From positions 29,788 through 93,787 of the forward strand of contig CALMMC010000125.1 of NCBI GenBank assembly GCA_937868205.1: a stretch of DNA of 64,000 nucleotides. Reading direction: 5' to 3'. The position numbers were made by a program, and so were the translations under genes. Numbering within the stretch: the stretch's first letter is position 1; each line of letters opens with the position of its first letter. The notes below the pieces were generated by a model. The model ran no database searches, had not been told where the DNA came from, and was given only the letters and a program-made list of their open reading frames with translations. This DNA is from an uncultured bacterium. GTDB lineage: Bacteria; Acidobacteriota; Aminicenantia; Aminicenantales; UBA4085. Below are positions 9,176 through 19,697 of this stretch, in pieces.

Positions 9176-11815
9176 TCAGGCCGGAGGCTCGACGGGACGG
9201 TCGGGAAACGTGATCGTGAACGAAACCCCCGGCCCGGTCTCGATCCTGACTTCGCCCCGGATCTGCTCGACAAGCATTCCGATGAGCTGGAAGCCGATCG
9301 TCTCGGCCTCGGCCAGGTCGACCGGCCCGGGCATCCCGACTCCGTCGTCCCGGACCTGGAGCGTGTGCCGGCCGTTTTGTTCCTCCTCCAGCCGGATGAA
9401 GATCTCCCCCGTCCGGTCGTCGGGGAAGGCATGCCGGAGGGCGTTGACGAGGAGCTCGTTGAGGATAAGACCCAAGGGGATGGAGACGTCGACGCCGAAA
9501 ACCGAGGGGGACAAGTCGTACGTCCGCCGGATCCGTTCAGACGGGATCTGGTAGACCTGGAACAGGTGGACGACCAGACTTTGGATATAATCGGCGAAAT
9601 CGACGCGGGCCAGGTCTTCCGACCGGTAAAGCTTTTCATGGACCAGGGACATCGCCTTAATCCGGTCCCGGCTGGCCCGGAACGCTTGACGCAGGGCGGG
9701 ATCGGAAATCGCGGCGGCCTGGTGGTTGAGCAGGCTCGTAACGATCTGCATGTTGTTGCGGACCCGGCTTTGGACTTCCCGGAGAAGGATGACTTTCTCC
9801 TCAAAGGCGGACCGGAGGCTTTCCTCGGCCCGCTTGCGCTCGGCGATGTCCCGGATGAAGACGAGGGCTCCGTCGAGCTCCCGGTAGCGGATGGGAACGG
9901 AGGCCGTTTCCGTCTCCACCGGCGTCCCGTCGAGCTGGAGGAAGATTTCCTCCTGGTGGGGAAAGCTCCGTTTCTTCTCGTTGATCAGCTTGATCCGCTC
10001 CAAGAGCTTGGGCCGGGCCTCGGGACGGACGCGCTCGGCAAAGGGCCGGCCCAGCAGCTGGTCGGCGGACCGGGCTCCGAAGAGGCGGACGGCGGCCTCG
10101 TTGAGATACGCGAAGACTCCCTCGGCTTGGACGACGATCGCGTCGGGCGCGCCCTCGACGAGCTTCCGGAACCGCTCCTCGCTCTCCCGGCGGGCGTCCT
10201 CGATCGTCCGCTTTTCCCAGCTGATATAGGCATGGGCGGCCGCGTCGGCGATTTCGGCGACGAATCGGACCTCGTCCTCCAGCCAGCGGCGCGGCGGGCC
10301 GACGTATTCCCCGCTGATGACGCCGATGACGTCGGCCGAGACCCGCACGGGCGCGTCGATCAGGGAGCCGATCCCGAGAGGTTTGAAGTAAACGTCGGTG
10401 AATTCCCGGGTCCGCGGATCAGAGGCGGCGGCGGACGCGTCGATCACCCGGTCCCGGTCCAGGGCTTCGAAGTACCGGGGAAACCGATCGGCCATGAGAA
10501 CGGGCCCCTGGGCATGGTGATCCTTCGACCGCTCATAAAGGTCGATGCAGCGGATGAGCCCTTCCCGGGCATTGCCCAGCCAGAAGCTCGCCCGCTCGAC
10601 TTCAAGATTCCGGGCCAGGGCCTCCGTGATCTCCCGGATGGCGATCGGGAAATCGCCCTCGGCCGCCGCCCGGGAGAAGGATAAATCCAAAAGCGCTTTT
10701 CTCTGGGCATTGATGCGCTCGGCCGCGGCCGCCCGTTCCTCCTCGGCCGTATGGCTCTCGGTGATGTCCCGGGCGATAAGATACCAGGATTTGACCTCGC
10801 CGGAACGGCTGTAGATATTGAAAATCCGCGTTTCCAGCCAGTTCGCGCCGCGCGGCCCCTTGAAGACACGAACTCCGGTCATGCGAAGAAAGGAGGCGAG
10901 ACGGTCCCGGTACTCCGGCCAACGCTCCAGGATTTGATCGAACGGCCAGCCGACATACTCGGGAGGCATCTCGAAAAGCCGCTCGGCCGCGGGATTGGCT
11001 TCGATCACCCGGTTCTTATCGTCGAAGACGATGACCGCGTCGGTCATGTAATCGAAGATGCTGCCGAAGGCGACCGGGGTGATCTTCAGGAGATGATGCC
11101 GAAAAAAACTCCGGGAGATGAAAAGCCCGGAAAGGACGAAACCGAACGGCGTGAGGTCCAAACCCTTCGGTCCTAGGTCGAGGAGATGGACCAGGTTGGC
11201 CACCCCGGGCGCGAGCGCGCCCAGGATGAGCCAAACGGCTTGGTGCCGGACCGGCCGTTCCTTGCTCTTGACGATCAAACCGAAAAGAATGGCCGTTCCG
11301 ATCAGCACCAGAGTGCAGGCATAGCCCACGTGGACCCAGACGGCCGGGCCGTAGTTATAAATCAGAATCGAGAGCTTCGCCCCGGGGAGCGGGGTGACCG
11401 ATGTCCAGACGAGATGGTGGAGGGGATTGGTGAAGGCCAGGGCCGCGACGACGAGCCCCGGAATCCAGAGAATCCACCGGAATACTACGGGAATCCGGGC
11501 ATGAAACTCGTGATAATCGTAGCAGAAGAGCATGTACAGCAGGGAGACGCCCGACACGGCGATATATCTGAACTGGGCGCAGAGGATTTTGTCGGACGAC
11601 GAAACCAGGATGAATTCCAGAATGGCGAAGACTTGCCACCAGACGAGGGCGAGCATCAACCAGAAAAACGTCCGGCCGCCGGGCGAGCGGCGCTTGGACC
11701 AGGCTGAGACCGCCAGGAATATGGAAACGATGACGCCGAGGGCGAAGACCGCCGCCCAGGGGGAAAATTGAAACATCATCGCCATGCTTCTCCAAAGGGA
11801 TGCGGAATATCGCAT
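9176..11815 (-). CDS. sensor histidine kinase: N-terminal 7TM region, PAS/GAF sensor domains, HisKA_2-type kinase core plus HATPase
   Basis: 879-aa ORF. The N-terminus has multiple TM helices. HisKA_2 motifs are present (VRNNMQIVTSLL, HEKLY), and a C-terminal GxGxG ATPase motif. An alternative start at 11779 (M13) is supported by a GGAGAAG SD. No response regulator is adjacent. Confidence 0.85.
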   Translation of the reverse strand: MRYSASLWRSMAMMFQFSPWAAVFALGVIVSIFLAVSAWSKRRSPGGRTFFWLMLALVWWQVFAILEFILVSSSDKILCAQFRYIAVSGVSLLYMLFCYDYHEFHARIPVVFRWILWIPGLVVAALAFTNPLHHLVWTSVTPLPGAKLSILIYNYGPAVWVHVGYACTLVLIGTAILFGLIVKSKERPVRHQAVWLILGALAPGVANLVHLLDLGPKGLDLTPFGFVLSGLFISRSFFRHHLLKITPVAFGSIFDYMTDAVIVFDDKNRVIEANPAAERLFEMPPEYVGWPFDQILERWPEYRDRLASFLRMTGVRVFKGPRGANWLETRIFNIYSRSGEVKSWYLIARDITESHTAEEERAAAAERINAQRKALLDLSFSRAAAEGDFPIAIREITEALARNLEVERASFWLGNAREGLIRCIDLYERSKDHHAQGPVLMADRFPRYFEALDRDRVIDASAAASDPRTREFTDVYFKPLGIGSLIDAPVRVSADVIGVISGEYVGPPRRWLEDEVRFVAEIADAAAHAYISWEKRTIEDARRESEERFRKLVEGAPDAIVVQAEGVFAYLNEAAVRLFGARSADQLLGRPFAERVRPEARPKLLERIKLINEKKRSFPHQEEIFLQLDGTPVETETASVPIRYRELDGALVFIRDIAERKRAEESLRSAFEEKVILLREVQSRVRNNMQIVTSLLNHQAAAISDPALRQAFRASRDRIKAMSLVHEKLYRSEDLARVDFADYIQSLVVHLFQVYQIPSERIRRTYDLSPSVFGVDVSIPLGLILNELLVNALRHAFPDDRTGEIFIRLEEEQNGRHTLQVRDDGVGMPGPVDLAEAETIGFQLIGMLVEQIRGEVRIETGPGVSFTITFPDRPVEPPA

Positions 11816-11884
11816 CCCCGCGCCCCGTGATTATACCAAAGACGGGGGATCGCCGTCAGGAAAGCCGGGACGGAGCGCGGACGC

Positions 11885-13267
11885 TCAGTCGATCTCTTCG
11901 AAGCGGGCGGTGAAATGCCGGAGGAAGCGGGGTTCCTCGACGATCCGAACGCCCTTGACCCGCTCCGGCTTCCGGGCGATCGCACCCAGAGCCTGGGCCA
12001 CGAAGACCATGTGCGAAGCCGTGTAGACGCGCCGGGGGATCGCCAGCCGGACCAGTTCCAGATCCGGGAACTCCTCCCGGCCGGTCCGGGGATTCTTCCG
12101 CCCGAACATCACTCCGCCGATTTCGACGGCCCGGATCCCCGATTCACGGTAGAGGGCCACGGTCAGAGCCCAGCCGGGAAAGCGGTCCCGGGGGATATGC
12201 GGAAGAAGCCGGTCGGCCAGGACGTAGACGGCGTGGCCTCCGGCCGGCTTGAAATACGGCACGCCGGCCTCGTCAAGCAGGTTCCCCAAATAGGCCACCT
12301 GCCTCATCCGATGCTCCAAGTAAGATTCGTCCAGGACTTCCTGCAGTCCCTGGGCCATCGCCTCGAGGTCCCGTCCGGCCAAGCCGCCGTACGTCGGGAA
12401 TCCCTCCCCGATAATAAGCATGTTCTTGATCCGGGCGGCCAAGTCCGAGTCGTTGAGGGTGACGAATCCGCCGATATTGACCAGCGCGTCCTTCTTGGCG
12501 CTCATCGTCGCCCCATCGGCGTAGGAAAACATCTTCCGGGCGATGTCCCGGACCGTCCAGCTTCCGTAGCTCTTCTCCCGGCGCTTGATAAACCAGGCGT
12601 TTTCGGCGAACCGGCAGGCGTCGAAGAAGAACGGGATTTTCCGGAGACGGCAGACGGCCGAGACCTTCCGGATGTTGGCCAGCGAAACCGGCTGGCCGCC
12701 CCCGCTGTTGTTGGTCACGGTCATCATCACGATGGGCACGCGGCCGGCGCTGCGGTCCAAGAACGACTCGAGCTTGGCCGTATCCATGTCGCCCTTGAAC
12801 GGCAGGTCGGCGTCCGGATCATAAGCGGCGGCTCCGGCCAGGTCGACGGCCTTGGCGTTCCGGACCTCGATGTTGGCCCGGGTCGTGTCGAAATGAATGT
12901 TGCTCGGCACGGCGCTGTTCCGGCCGAGAACCGATTCGAAGAGAATCCGCTCGGCCGCCCTGCCCTGGTGGGTGGGGATGACGTGGGCGAAGCCGAAGAT
13001 GTCGCGGACCGCCTTCTCAAACCGGAAGAAGCTCCGGGCTCCGGCGTAGGACTCATCGCCCATCATGATTCCGGCCCATTGTCGGTCGCTCATGGCCGAG
13101 GTTCCAGAATCGGTTAAAAGATCGATGAACACTTTTTCGGCGGGCAGGTTGAAGACGTTGAACCCGGCGGCCCGGATCAGCTTGTCGCGCTCGCGCCTTG
13201 TGGTCCGGCCCAGCGGCTCGACCATCTTGATCCGGAACGGCTCGACGGGCGGGGGAATCATGCTCAT
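11885..13267 (-). CDS. tryptophanase / tyrosine phenol-lyase family beta-eliminating lyase (PLP-dependent)
   Basis: Start trimmed to the MSMIPPPVEPFRIKMVEP methionine (GGGAGG SD 7 nt upstream). PLP-lysine motif SAKKDALVNIGG is present. 461 aa. Confidence 0.85.
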   Translation of the reverse strand: MSMIPPPVEPFRIKMVEPLGRTTRRERDKLIRAAGFNVFNLPAEKVFIDLLTDSGTSAMSDRQWAGIMMGDESYAGARSFFRFEKAVRDIFGFAHVIPTHQGRAAERILFESVLGRNSAVPSNIHFDTTRANIEVRNAKAVDLAGAAAYDPDADLPFKGDMDTAKLESFLDRSAGRVPIVMMTVTNNSGGGQPVSLANIRKVSAVCRLRKIPFFFDACRFAENAWFIKRREKSYGSWTVRDIARKMFSYADGATMSAKKDALVNIGGFVTLNDSDLAARIKNMLIIGEGFPTYGGLAGRDLEAMAQGLQEVLDESYLEHRMRQVAYLGNLLDEAGVPYFKPAGGHAVYVLADRLLPHIPRDRFPGWALTVALYRESGIRAVEIGGVMFGRKNPRTGREEFPDLELVRLAIPRRVYTASHMVFVAQALGAIARKPERVKGVRIVEEPRFLRHFTARFEEID

Positions 13268-13302
13268 AAACGACCTCCCATGATTATGGAATGAATGCGG
13301 TT

Positions 13303-14205
13303 TCATACGGAGACGAGTTTTTTCAAGGCGGCGAAGCGGCCTTCGACGTCGGCCGGTTTCATGGTCTTGAACCGCTCGATGCCGAAATCCTCGATCGTAA
13401 ACGAGGCCAGGACGCTGCCGTATACGGCGGCTTTGCGGACAGCCGGGGACCGGAGGGTCCCGGCCCGGTCGAGAAAGCCGAGAAACGCCCCGGCGAAGCT
13501 GTCTCCGGCGCCGGTCGGATCGACGACCCGGTCGCACGGATGGGCCATGATACCGAAAAGCCAATGCCGGCCGAACACAAAAGCCCCATGCTCCCCTTTC
13601 TTCAGGACGACGAGGCGGGGGCCGCGTTCGACCAGGCGGCGGCCGGCCCGGATGAGGTTCAGCTCTCCGGTCATCAGCCGGGCCTCCTCGTCATTGGCGA
13701 AAAAGATATCCGTCCGCTGGAGGACGCGCTCGAGGGCCTCGGGCTCCGACTCGATGTAATGGCGGATCGTGTCCATGGCCACGATTCGGGGCTTCTTCAC
13801 CTGCGACAGGACGTGTTCCTGCAAACCGGGGCCGATGTTGGCCAGGAAAAGGATGTCGGGGTCGCGGTAAGACGAGGGCAGGGTCGGACGGAAGTCCCGG
13901 AAGACGTTCAGATCGAGCCGGACGGTGTCCCGCTGGTTGGGATCGTCGCCGTAGCGGCCTTCCCAGAAAAACGTCTTCCCCCTGGGAACAACCGTCAATC
14001 CCTTGAGATCGACGCCTCGTTTTTTCAGAAAATCGGCCGTCGGCTTCGGGAAATCCTCGCCGACGACGGCCACGATCCGGGGCCGGGTGAAATAGCTGGC
14101 GGCCAGGGCGCTGTAGGTGCAAGAGCCGCCGATGATGCGCTCCCGGCGCGTTTCCGGCGTTTGGATCGTGTCGAAGGCGACCGAGCCGACGATGACCAGG
14201 CTCAT
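13303..14205 (-). CDS. PfkB-family carbohydrate/nucleoside kinase (ribokinase-like)
   Basis: Start trimmed to MSLVIVGS (ATG at 14205), which overlaps the upstream stop by an ATGA. C-terminal DPTGAGDSFAGAF ribokinase signature. 301 aa. Confidence 0.8.
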   Translation of the reverse strand: MSLVIVGSVAFDTIQTPETRRERIIGGSCTYSALAASYFTRPRIVAVVGEDFPKPTADFLKKRGVDLKGLTVVPRGKTFFWEGRYGDDPNQRDTVRLDLNVFRDFRPTLPSSYRDPDILFLANIGPGLQEHVLSQVKKPRIVAMDTIRHYIESEPEALERVLQRTDIFFANDEEARLMTGELNLIRAGRRLVERGPRLVVLKKGEHGAFVFGRHWLFGIMAHPCDRVVDPTGAGDSFAGAFLGFLDRAGTLRSPAVRKAAVYGSVLASFTIEDFGIERFKTMKPADVEGRFAALKKLVSV

Positions 14206-15149
14206 CGGCCGGTCCGGTATTCGGGAACGAGGAGGGCCAGCTTTTTCCGGGTGGCCGCCGGGACGTGCTTGGCCGCGGTGACGACGGCCGCCGCCAGGAC
14301 ATGCCGGCAGGAACAGGCCGTCTCGTCGTGCGGCGGAAGCGCGGCCACGGCTTTCCGGATGATCTCCTTGGCTTTGGAGATGTTCACCCGCAGATTTTCG
14401 AAAATCATCCCGACCGTGACGCCCTCCTCGTGCAGCCTCCATGTGTCGTAGTCGGTGGCTAGGTTCATCGTCGCATAGCAGATCTCGGCCTCGCGGAAAA
14501 GCTTGGCCTCGGTGGCCGCGGTCATCCCGATCAAGTCGCCGCCCCACACCTGGTGCATCTTCGATTCGGCCCGGGTTGAAAACGCCGGCCCTTCCATACA
14601 GACGTAAGTCGCCCCCAGGTGGGAGCGGAGGCCGAGACCGACGGCGGCGGCATGGCAATGCCGGGACAACTGGGGACAGACCGGCTCGGCCAGGGAGATA
14701 TGGGCGACGCAGCCCCCGCCGAAAAAGGTGCAGTCGCGCTTCGTCTTGTCGATGAACTGGTCGGCGAAGACAATGTCGCGGGGACGGATCTCCTCGCGGA
14801 GCGAGCCGACGGAGTTGACCGAGATCAACCGCTCGACGCCGAGCATCTTGAAGCCGTACACGTTGGCCCGGTAGTTGATCTCGGACGGGCTGAACCGGTG
14901 ACCCCGGCCGTGACGGCTGAGGAAAGCCACCTTGCGGCCTTCCAGGGCGCCGAGAATATACTCATCCGAGGGATCCCCCCACGGGGTTTTCAGCCGGACT
15001 TCCTCCAGGTTGTGGATGCCCTCGATCTCGTACAATCCCGTCCCGCCGAGGATGCCGATTTCGGCCCGGGGAGCTTCTTTTTTTCTGATCGCCGGAGATT
15101 TTTTCGCGGTTGTTTCCGCCGGCTTGCGGACGGCTTTTCTCGGAGTCAT
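14202..15149 (-). CDS. mtnP: S-methyl-5'-thioadenosine phosphorylase (MTAP/PNP family)
   Basis: 315-aa ORF; an IGILGGTGL phosphate-binding N-terminal motif follows a 28-aa Lys-rich extension. GGAG SD 6 nt upstream of the ATG. Confidence 0.8.
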   Translation of the reverse strand: MTPRKAVRKPAETTAKKSPAIRKKEAPRAEIGILGGTGLYEIEGIHNLEEVRLKTPWGDPSDEYILGALEGRKVAFLSRHGRGHRFSPSEINYRANVYGFKMLGVERLISVNSVGSLREEIRPRDIVFADQFIDKTKRDCTFFGGGCVAHISLAEPVCPQLSRHCHAAAVGLGLRSHLGATYVCMEGPAFSTRAESKMHQVWGGDLIGMTAATEAKLFREAEICYATMNLATDYDTWRLHEEGVTVGMIFENLRVNISKAKEIIRKAVAALPPHDETACSCRHVLAAAVVTAAKHVPAATRKKLALLVPEYRTGR

Positions 15150-15305
15150 GGGATCTCCTTCTTTAGGAAAGGATAAAGATATCTTTTCCCCCGCGATGAG
15201 TCAACTTGAGAGGGGAATCCGCCCTATCCACGGCCGCGCATTTGTGCTATCGTTATTCATCGCGCGGCCTGCTCGGCGGACGGGCGGCTCCGCAGGAAAA
15301 CCACC

Positions 15306-16490
15306 ATGAAATTCGTCTATTTCGACGCCTCCGCCGGGTTGAGCGGCGATATGATCTCGGCCGCCCTGCTCGACCTGGGCGTCCCGCCGGCCGCCTATCG
15401 GGCCGCCGTCGACGGCCTCCGCCTTCCCGTCCGGGTGAAGGTTGGGATAGTCGAACGAGCCCATCTAAGAGCCCGGAAAATCGACGTCCGGATCCTGGGA
15501 AAAGGCTCGCCGGCCCGTCGGTGGAAGGATGTCTCCAGCCTGGTCAAAAAGGCGGATCTCCCGGCCGCGGTCAAGGAGAGGGGCCTGTCCGTGTTCGAGG
15601 CCCTGTTCAAAGCCGAGGCGAAAGTCCACGGCGAAGCGATCGATCAAGTTCACCTCCACGAGGCCGGGGCGGACGACGCCCTGGTCGACATCCTGGGGGC
15701 CTGCTGGCTGGCCGAATCGCTCGGCGTCGGCGAATTCTATTGCTCTCCCCTGAATGTCGGGGGAGGATCGGTCCGGACCGCCCACGGCGTCCTCCCGGTT
15801 CCGGCCCCGGCCGCGGCCGAGCTTCTCCGGGGGATCCCGGTCTATTCCGCCCACGTCCAAACCGAGCTCGTCACTCCGACGGGAGCCGCGCTCGTTAAAG
15901 CGCTCGTCTCGAAATTTCTCCCCTTCCCGGAGATCACATACGACCGAATCGGCTGCGGGGCCGGCGGGCGGGACCTGGAAACCCTTCCCAACATCCTCCG
16001 CGCCTTCTCCGGCGGGCGGCAAAGCTTCTCCCCGGACAAGCGGGTCTATCTTTTGGAGGCCGCCGTAGACGACGCCAGCCCCCAGGTCCTGGCCGCCTTC
16101 ATGGACCGGGCCCTGGAAGGGGGGGCCCTCGATGTTTACTTCACGCCCGTCGTCATGAAAAAGAACCGGCTGGGGACGAAGCTGACCCTGCTCGCCGAGG
16201 CCCGGCGGCTGGAGGACCTCATCGCCGAGGTCTTCACCGAAACCACCTCGATCGGTTTGCGGTATTTCCCCGTGGAGCGGCGGGCGCTTGTCCGCCGGAT
16301 TGAGACCGTCCGGCTGGACGGCCGGAACGTGCGGGTCAAAATCGCCCTTCTCGACGGCCGGCCGGTCAACGTCCAGCCGGAATACGAAGACTGCCTCGCC
16401 CTGGCCCGGGCGAAAAAGCTGCCCCTCAAAGATGTCCTGCGGAGGGCGGCCGAGGCCGCGGGCAAGCCTCGAAGGATGAAGATCCCATGA
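15306..16490 (+). CDS. larC: LarC-family nickel insertion protein (DUF111)
   Basis: 394-aa ORF starting [25 protein letters not shown], the typical LarC N-terminus. Confidence 0.8.
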   Translation: MKFVYFDASAGLSGDMISAALLDLGVPPAAYRAAVDGLRLPVRVKVGIVERAHLRARKIDVRILGKGSPARRWKDVSSLVKKADLPAAVKERGLSVFEALFKAEAKVHGEAIDQVHLHEAGADDALVDILGACWLAESLGVGEFYCSPLNVGGGSVRTAHGVLPVPAPAAAELLRGIPVYSAHVQTELVTPTGAALVKALVSKFLPFPEITYDRIGCGAGGRDLETLPNILRAFSGGRQSFSPDKRVYLLEAAVDDASPQVLAAFMDRALEGGALDVYFTPVVMKKNRLGTKLTLLAEARRLEDLIAEVFTETTSIGLRYFPVERRALVRRIETVRLDGRNVRVKIALLDGRPVNVQPEYEDCLALARAKKLPLKDVLRRAAEAAGKPRRMKIP

Positions 16491-17095
16491 CACTGAAGCC
16501 CAAGACCAAGGGGATGGATCTGGCGAAAATCGAGCGCGGCGTCCGCCTGATTCTCGAGGGGGTTGGCGAAGACCCGGACCGCCCGGACCTGCGCGGCACG
16601 CCCCGGCGGGTCGCCCGGATGTACGCCGAAATCCTCGGCGGCCTTCATGAAAGCCCCGAGACCCACCTCCGCCAAGTTCACGAGGAACGCCACGACGAGA
16701 TGGTCCTGATCAAGAACATCCCCTTGTACTCGATGTGCGAGCACCACATGCTGCCGTTCGCCGGCGTCGCCCACGTCGCCTACATTCCCAAGGGCGGCCG
16801 GATCGTCGGCCTCTCCAAGATCGCCCGGGTGGTGGAAACGCTGTCCCGCCGGCTCCAGGTCCAAGAGCGGCTGACCAAGCAGGTCGCCGACATCATCATG
16901 GATCACCTGGACCCGCTCGGCGTCATCGTCGTGATCGAGGCCGAGCACATGTGCGTCTCCATGCGGGGGGCCAAGAAGCCCAAGTCCGTCACCGTCACCT
17001 CGGCCGTCCGCGGGCTGTTCCGAAGCCGTTCGGTGACCCGGCTTGAAGCCATTTCCCTGATCCGGGGAGGATTTTCCAGTGGAAAAGAAGTCTAA
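16487..17095 (+). CDS. folE: GTP cyclohydrolase I
   Basis: 202-aa ORF; CEHHMLPF active-site motif. Overlaps the larC stop (ATGA). Confidence 0.9.
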   Translation: MTLKPKTKGMDLAKIERGVRLILEGVGEDPDRPDLRGTPRRVARMYAEILGGLHESPETHLRQVHEERHDEMVLIKNIPLYSMCEHHMLPFAGVAHVAYIPKGGRIVGLSKIARVVETLSRRLQVQERLTKQVADIIMDHLDPLGVIVVIEAEHMCVSMRGAKKPKSVTVTSAVRGLFRSRSVTRLEAISLIRGGFSSGKEV

Positions 17096-19055
17096 GCCTC
17101 CGTTTTACGTCACGACGCCGATCTATTATGTCAACGACGTCCCCCATATCGGCCACGCCTATACGACGATCATCGCCGACGCCTTGGCCCGGTTCATGAA
17201 GATGGACGGACGGGAGGTGTTCTTTCTCACCGGGACGGACGAGCACGGCCAGAAGGTGGAAAAGGCCGCGGCCGAGCACGGCGTCGATCCGCGGACCTGG
17301 GCGGACAGGGTCGTCGTCCGGTTCTTCGATCTTTGGAAGGCCCTCGACTGCGAGCCCGATTTCTTCATCCGGACGACCATGGAGCTCCACGAGAAGGGCG
17401 TCCAGAAGATGTTCCGCCTCCTCCTCGACAAGGGCGACATCTACAAGGGCGAGTACAAGGGCTGGTACTGCGTCTCGGACGAGAATTTCCTCACCGACGA
17501 CGTTCCGGCCTCGGCCGACGGCACGAAAACGTGTCCGGACTGCGGCCGGAAAGCCCAGGTTGTTTCCGAGGAGACGTATTTCTTCCGCCTCTCCGCCTTC
17601 CAGCAGAGGCTGCTCGATCATTACCGGGACCATCCCCGGTTCGTCCGGCCGCAAAGCCGGATGAACGAGGTCGCGAGCTTCGTCCGCGGCGGCCTCAAGG
17701 ACTTGAGCATCACCCGGACGACGGTCAAGTGGGGCGTTCCCGTTCCGGGGGACCCGGCCCACACGATTTATGTCTGGTATGACGCCCTGCACAACTACGT
17801 GACGGGGATCGGCTACGACCGGGACCCGGCCCTGTTCGAGAAATTCTGGCCGGCCACCGTCCACCTCATCGGCAAGGATATCCTTCGCTTCCACGCCGTT
17901 TTCTGGCCGGCTTTTCTCCTGGCCGCCGGCCTGCCGCTTCCCGAATGCGTCTTCGGCCACGGATGGTGGCTGAAGGACGAAGCCAAGATGTCCAAATCGA
18001 AGGGCAACGTTCTGGATCCCTATGTTCTTCTCCGGGCGATGGGTCCCGACCCTCTGCGGTATTTCCTCCTGCGGGAGGTTCCGATCGGCCTGGACGGGAA
18101 TTTCAGCCACGAGGGTTTCATCCACCGGGTCAACTCCGACCTGGCCAACGACCTGGGCAACCTCGTCAGCCGGGCCCTGACCATGGTCCGCAATTACTTC
18201 CAGGGGACGATCCCCCCCCCCGCTCCGGAGGAACCGGACGACGCGGAGATCCGGAAGACGTTCGGAGAGATGAAGGACCGGGCCGTCGCTCATTACGAAT
18301 CCTACGCCCTCAACAAGGCCCTGGAGGAAATCTGGAGCTTTATCACGGCCGTCAACAAGTACCTGGCCGACAAGGCCCCGTGGAAGCTGGCCAAGGATCC
18401 GGCGCTCCGGCCGCGGCTGGCCCGGGTGCTCCATCAGGCGGTCGCGGCCATCCGCGGAACGGCCGCCCTCATCGCCCCGGTCATGCCCGGCTCGGCCCAG
18501 AAGATGTGGGAGTTCACCGGGGAGCCCGGCCGGGTCCGGGACGTCCGCTTTGATACCCTGCGTTTCGAGGATTTGCCGGCGGGGAGGCCGATGAAGGAGC
18601 CCGAACAGCTCTTTCCCCGGGTGAATCTAAAGGAGTTCCTGGCCGAAGACGCCGGGACGGCAAAGGAAAAAACCATGAACGAGATTCCATCTCCCCCCGA
18701 ACGCCCGGCCGCTCCGGCTGTTTCGGAGGCGCCCCTCATCACGTACGACGAATTCGCCAAGCTGGACCTGAGAGTCGCCCATGTCCTCGAGGCGGTTAAG
18801 GTCGAGGGAGCCAAGAAGCTCCTGAAGCTCAAGATCGACCTGGGGACGGAGCAGCGGCAGATCGTGGCCGGAGTAGCCGAATCCTATGCCCCGGAACAGC
18901 TCGTGGGGAAGAAATTCATCATCATCGCCAATCTCCAGCCCGCGGTCATCCGGGGAGTCGAATCGCAAGGCATGCTGCTGGCGGCCGCCGCCGGCGGCAA
19001 GGCGATGATTCCATTTTTCGAGCCGGACGTGCCGGCCGGAACGAAGGTGAAATAG
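17079..19055 (+). CDS. metG: methionyl-tRNA synthetase with C-terminal EMAP/tRNA-binding domain
   Basis: 658-aa ORF; HIGH (PHIGHAY) and KMSKS motifs, CxxC zinc knuckle. GTG start with GGGGAGGA SD. Confidence 0.95.
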   Translation: MEKKSKPPFYVTTPIYYVNDVPHIGHAYTTIIADALARFMKMDGREVFFLTGTDEHGQKVEKAAAEHGVDPRTWADRVVVRFFDLWKALDCEPDFFIRTTMELHEKGVQKMFRLLLDKGDIYKGEYKGWYCVSDENFLTDDVPASADGTKTCPDCGRKAQVVSEETYFFRLSAFQQRLLDHYRDHPRFVRPQSRMNEVASFVRGGLKDLSITRTTVKWGVPVPGDPAHTIYVWYDALHNYVTGIGYDRDPALFEKFWPATVHLIGKDILRFHAVFWPAFLLAAGLPLPECVFGHGWWLKDEAKMSKSKGNVLDPYVLLRAMGPDPLRYFLLREVPIGLDGNFSHEGFIHRVNSDLANDLGNLVSRALTMVRNYFQGTIPPPAPEEPDDAEIRKTFGEMKDRAVAHYESYALNKALEEIWSFITAVNKYLADKAPWKLAKDPALRPRLARVLHQAVAAIRGTAALIAPVMPGSAQKMWEFTGEPGRVRDVRFDTLRFEDLPAGRPMKEPEQLFPRVNLKEFLAEDAGTAKEKTMNEIPSPPERPAAPAVSEAPLITYDEFAKLDLRVAHVLEAVKVEGAKKLLKLKIDLGTEQRQIVAGVAESYAPEQLVGKKFIIIANLQPAVIRGVESQGMLLAAAAGGKAMIPFFEPDVPAGTKVK

Positions 19056-19061
19056 GCCGCC

Positions 19062-19697
19062 TCAGGCGAGAAAAGGCGCGAGACATTCGACCGGGATCGC
19101 CCCTTCGCGGATGATCTTCGGCGGCGACATGGTTACGTCGACGATCGTGCTCGCCAATCCGCCGGGGGTCCGCCCGGCATCAATGATCGTGACGTCCCGA
19201 TTCTTGAAATCCCGCGTCAGCATGAGCGGATCGGCGTTTTCGCTGTTGCCCGACAGGTTGGCGCTCGTGGACGTCAGGGGAACCCCCAGGTCGGCTAAAA
19301 ACTCCCGGAGCCAGGACAGCCCGGGAACGCGGACGGCGATCGTTTCGTCCGGCCCGAGTATTTCCGGCGGAAACACCGGGCGGGCATGGACGACGAGGTT
19401 CAAGGGGCCCGGCCAAAACTGCCGGATCAAATCGAAGAAGACGCGGGGAAGGCGGCGGCCGAGGGAAAGAACGGCGCCCGCGTCCGCGGCCACGATCGGC
19501 AGGGGCTTTTTCCGGTCGCGATGCTTGAGCGCGTAAACCGCCTTCACCGCCTCGGCCGAAAACGCGTTCGCCCCCAGCCCGTAAAACGTCTCCGTCGGGA
19601 AAACGACCAGGCCCCCGGCGAGGATCTCTTCCCGGACTTTAAAGACGGGCTCGGGATCATACTTTTTCGGATCGACGCGGACGATTCTCAACGGCAT
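19062..19697 (-). CDS. tsaC: L-threonylcarbamoyladenylate synthase (YrdC/TsaC/Sua5 family)
   Basis: 211-aa ORF; VFPTETFYGLGANA YrdC motif. Confidence 0.85.
   Translation of the reverse strand: MPLRIVRVDPKKYDPEPVFKVREEILAGGLVVFPTETFYGLGANAFSAEAVKAVYALKHRDRKKPLPIVAADAGAVLSLGRRLPRVFFDLIRQFWPGPLNLVVHARPVFPPEILGPDETIAVRVPGLSWLREFLADLGVPLTSTSANLSGNSENADPLMLTRDFKNRDVTIIDAGRTPGGLASTIVDVTMSPPKIIREGAIPVECLAPFLA

Noticed and set aside
8857-10684. ORFs 8857..9804 (minus, alternate frame) and 9365..10684 (plus) overlapping the sensor kinase
   Set aside because: They overlap the kinase gene, which has clear PAS/HisKA_2/HATPase motifs. The alternates have no motifs.
13303-14658. Extended 451-aa reading of the PfkB gene, and extended ORF versions of rpsS (57052..57708), rpmC (55391..55900), rplX (54379..55224), rplF (52631..53239) and tnaA (11885..13564)
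   Set aside because: The N-terminal extensions overlap upstream genes in another frame and lack homology. Starts were trimmed to the conserved N-termini, with SD support where visible.
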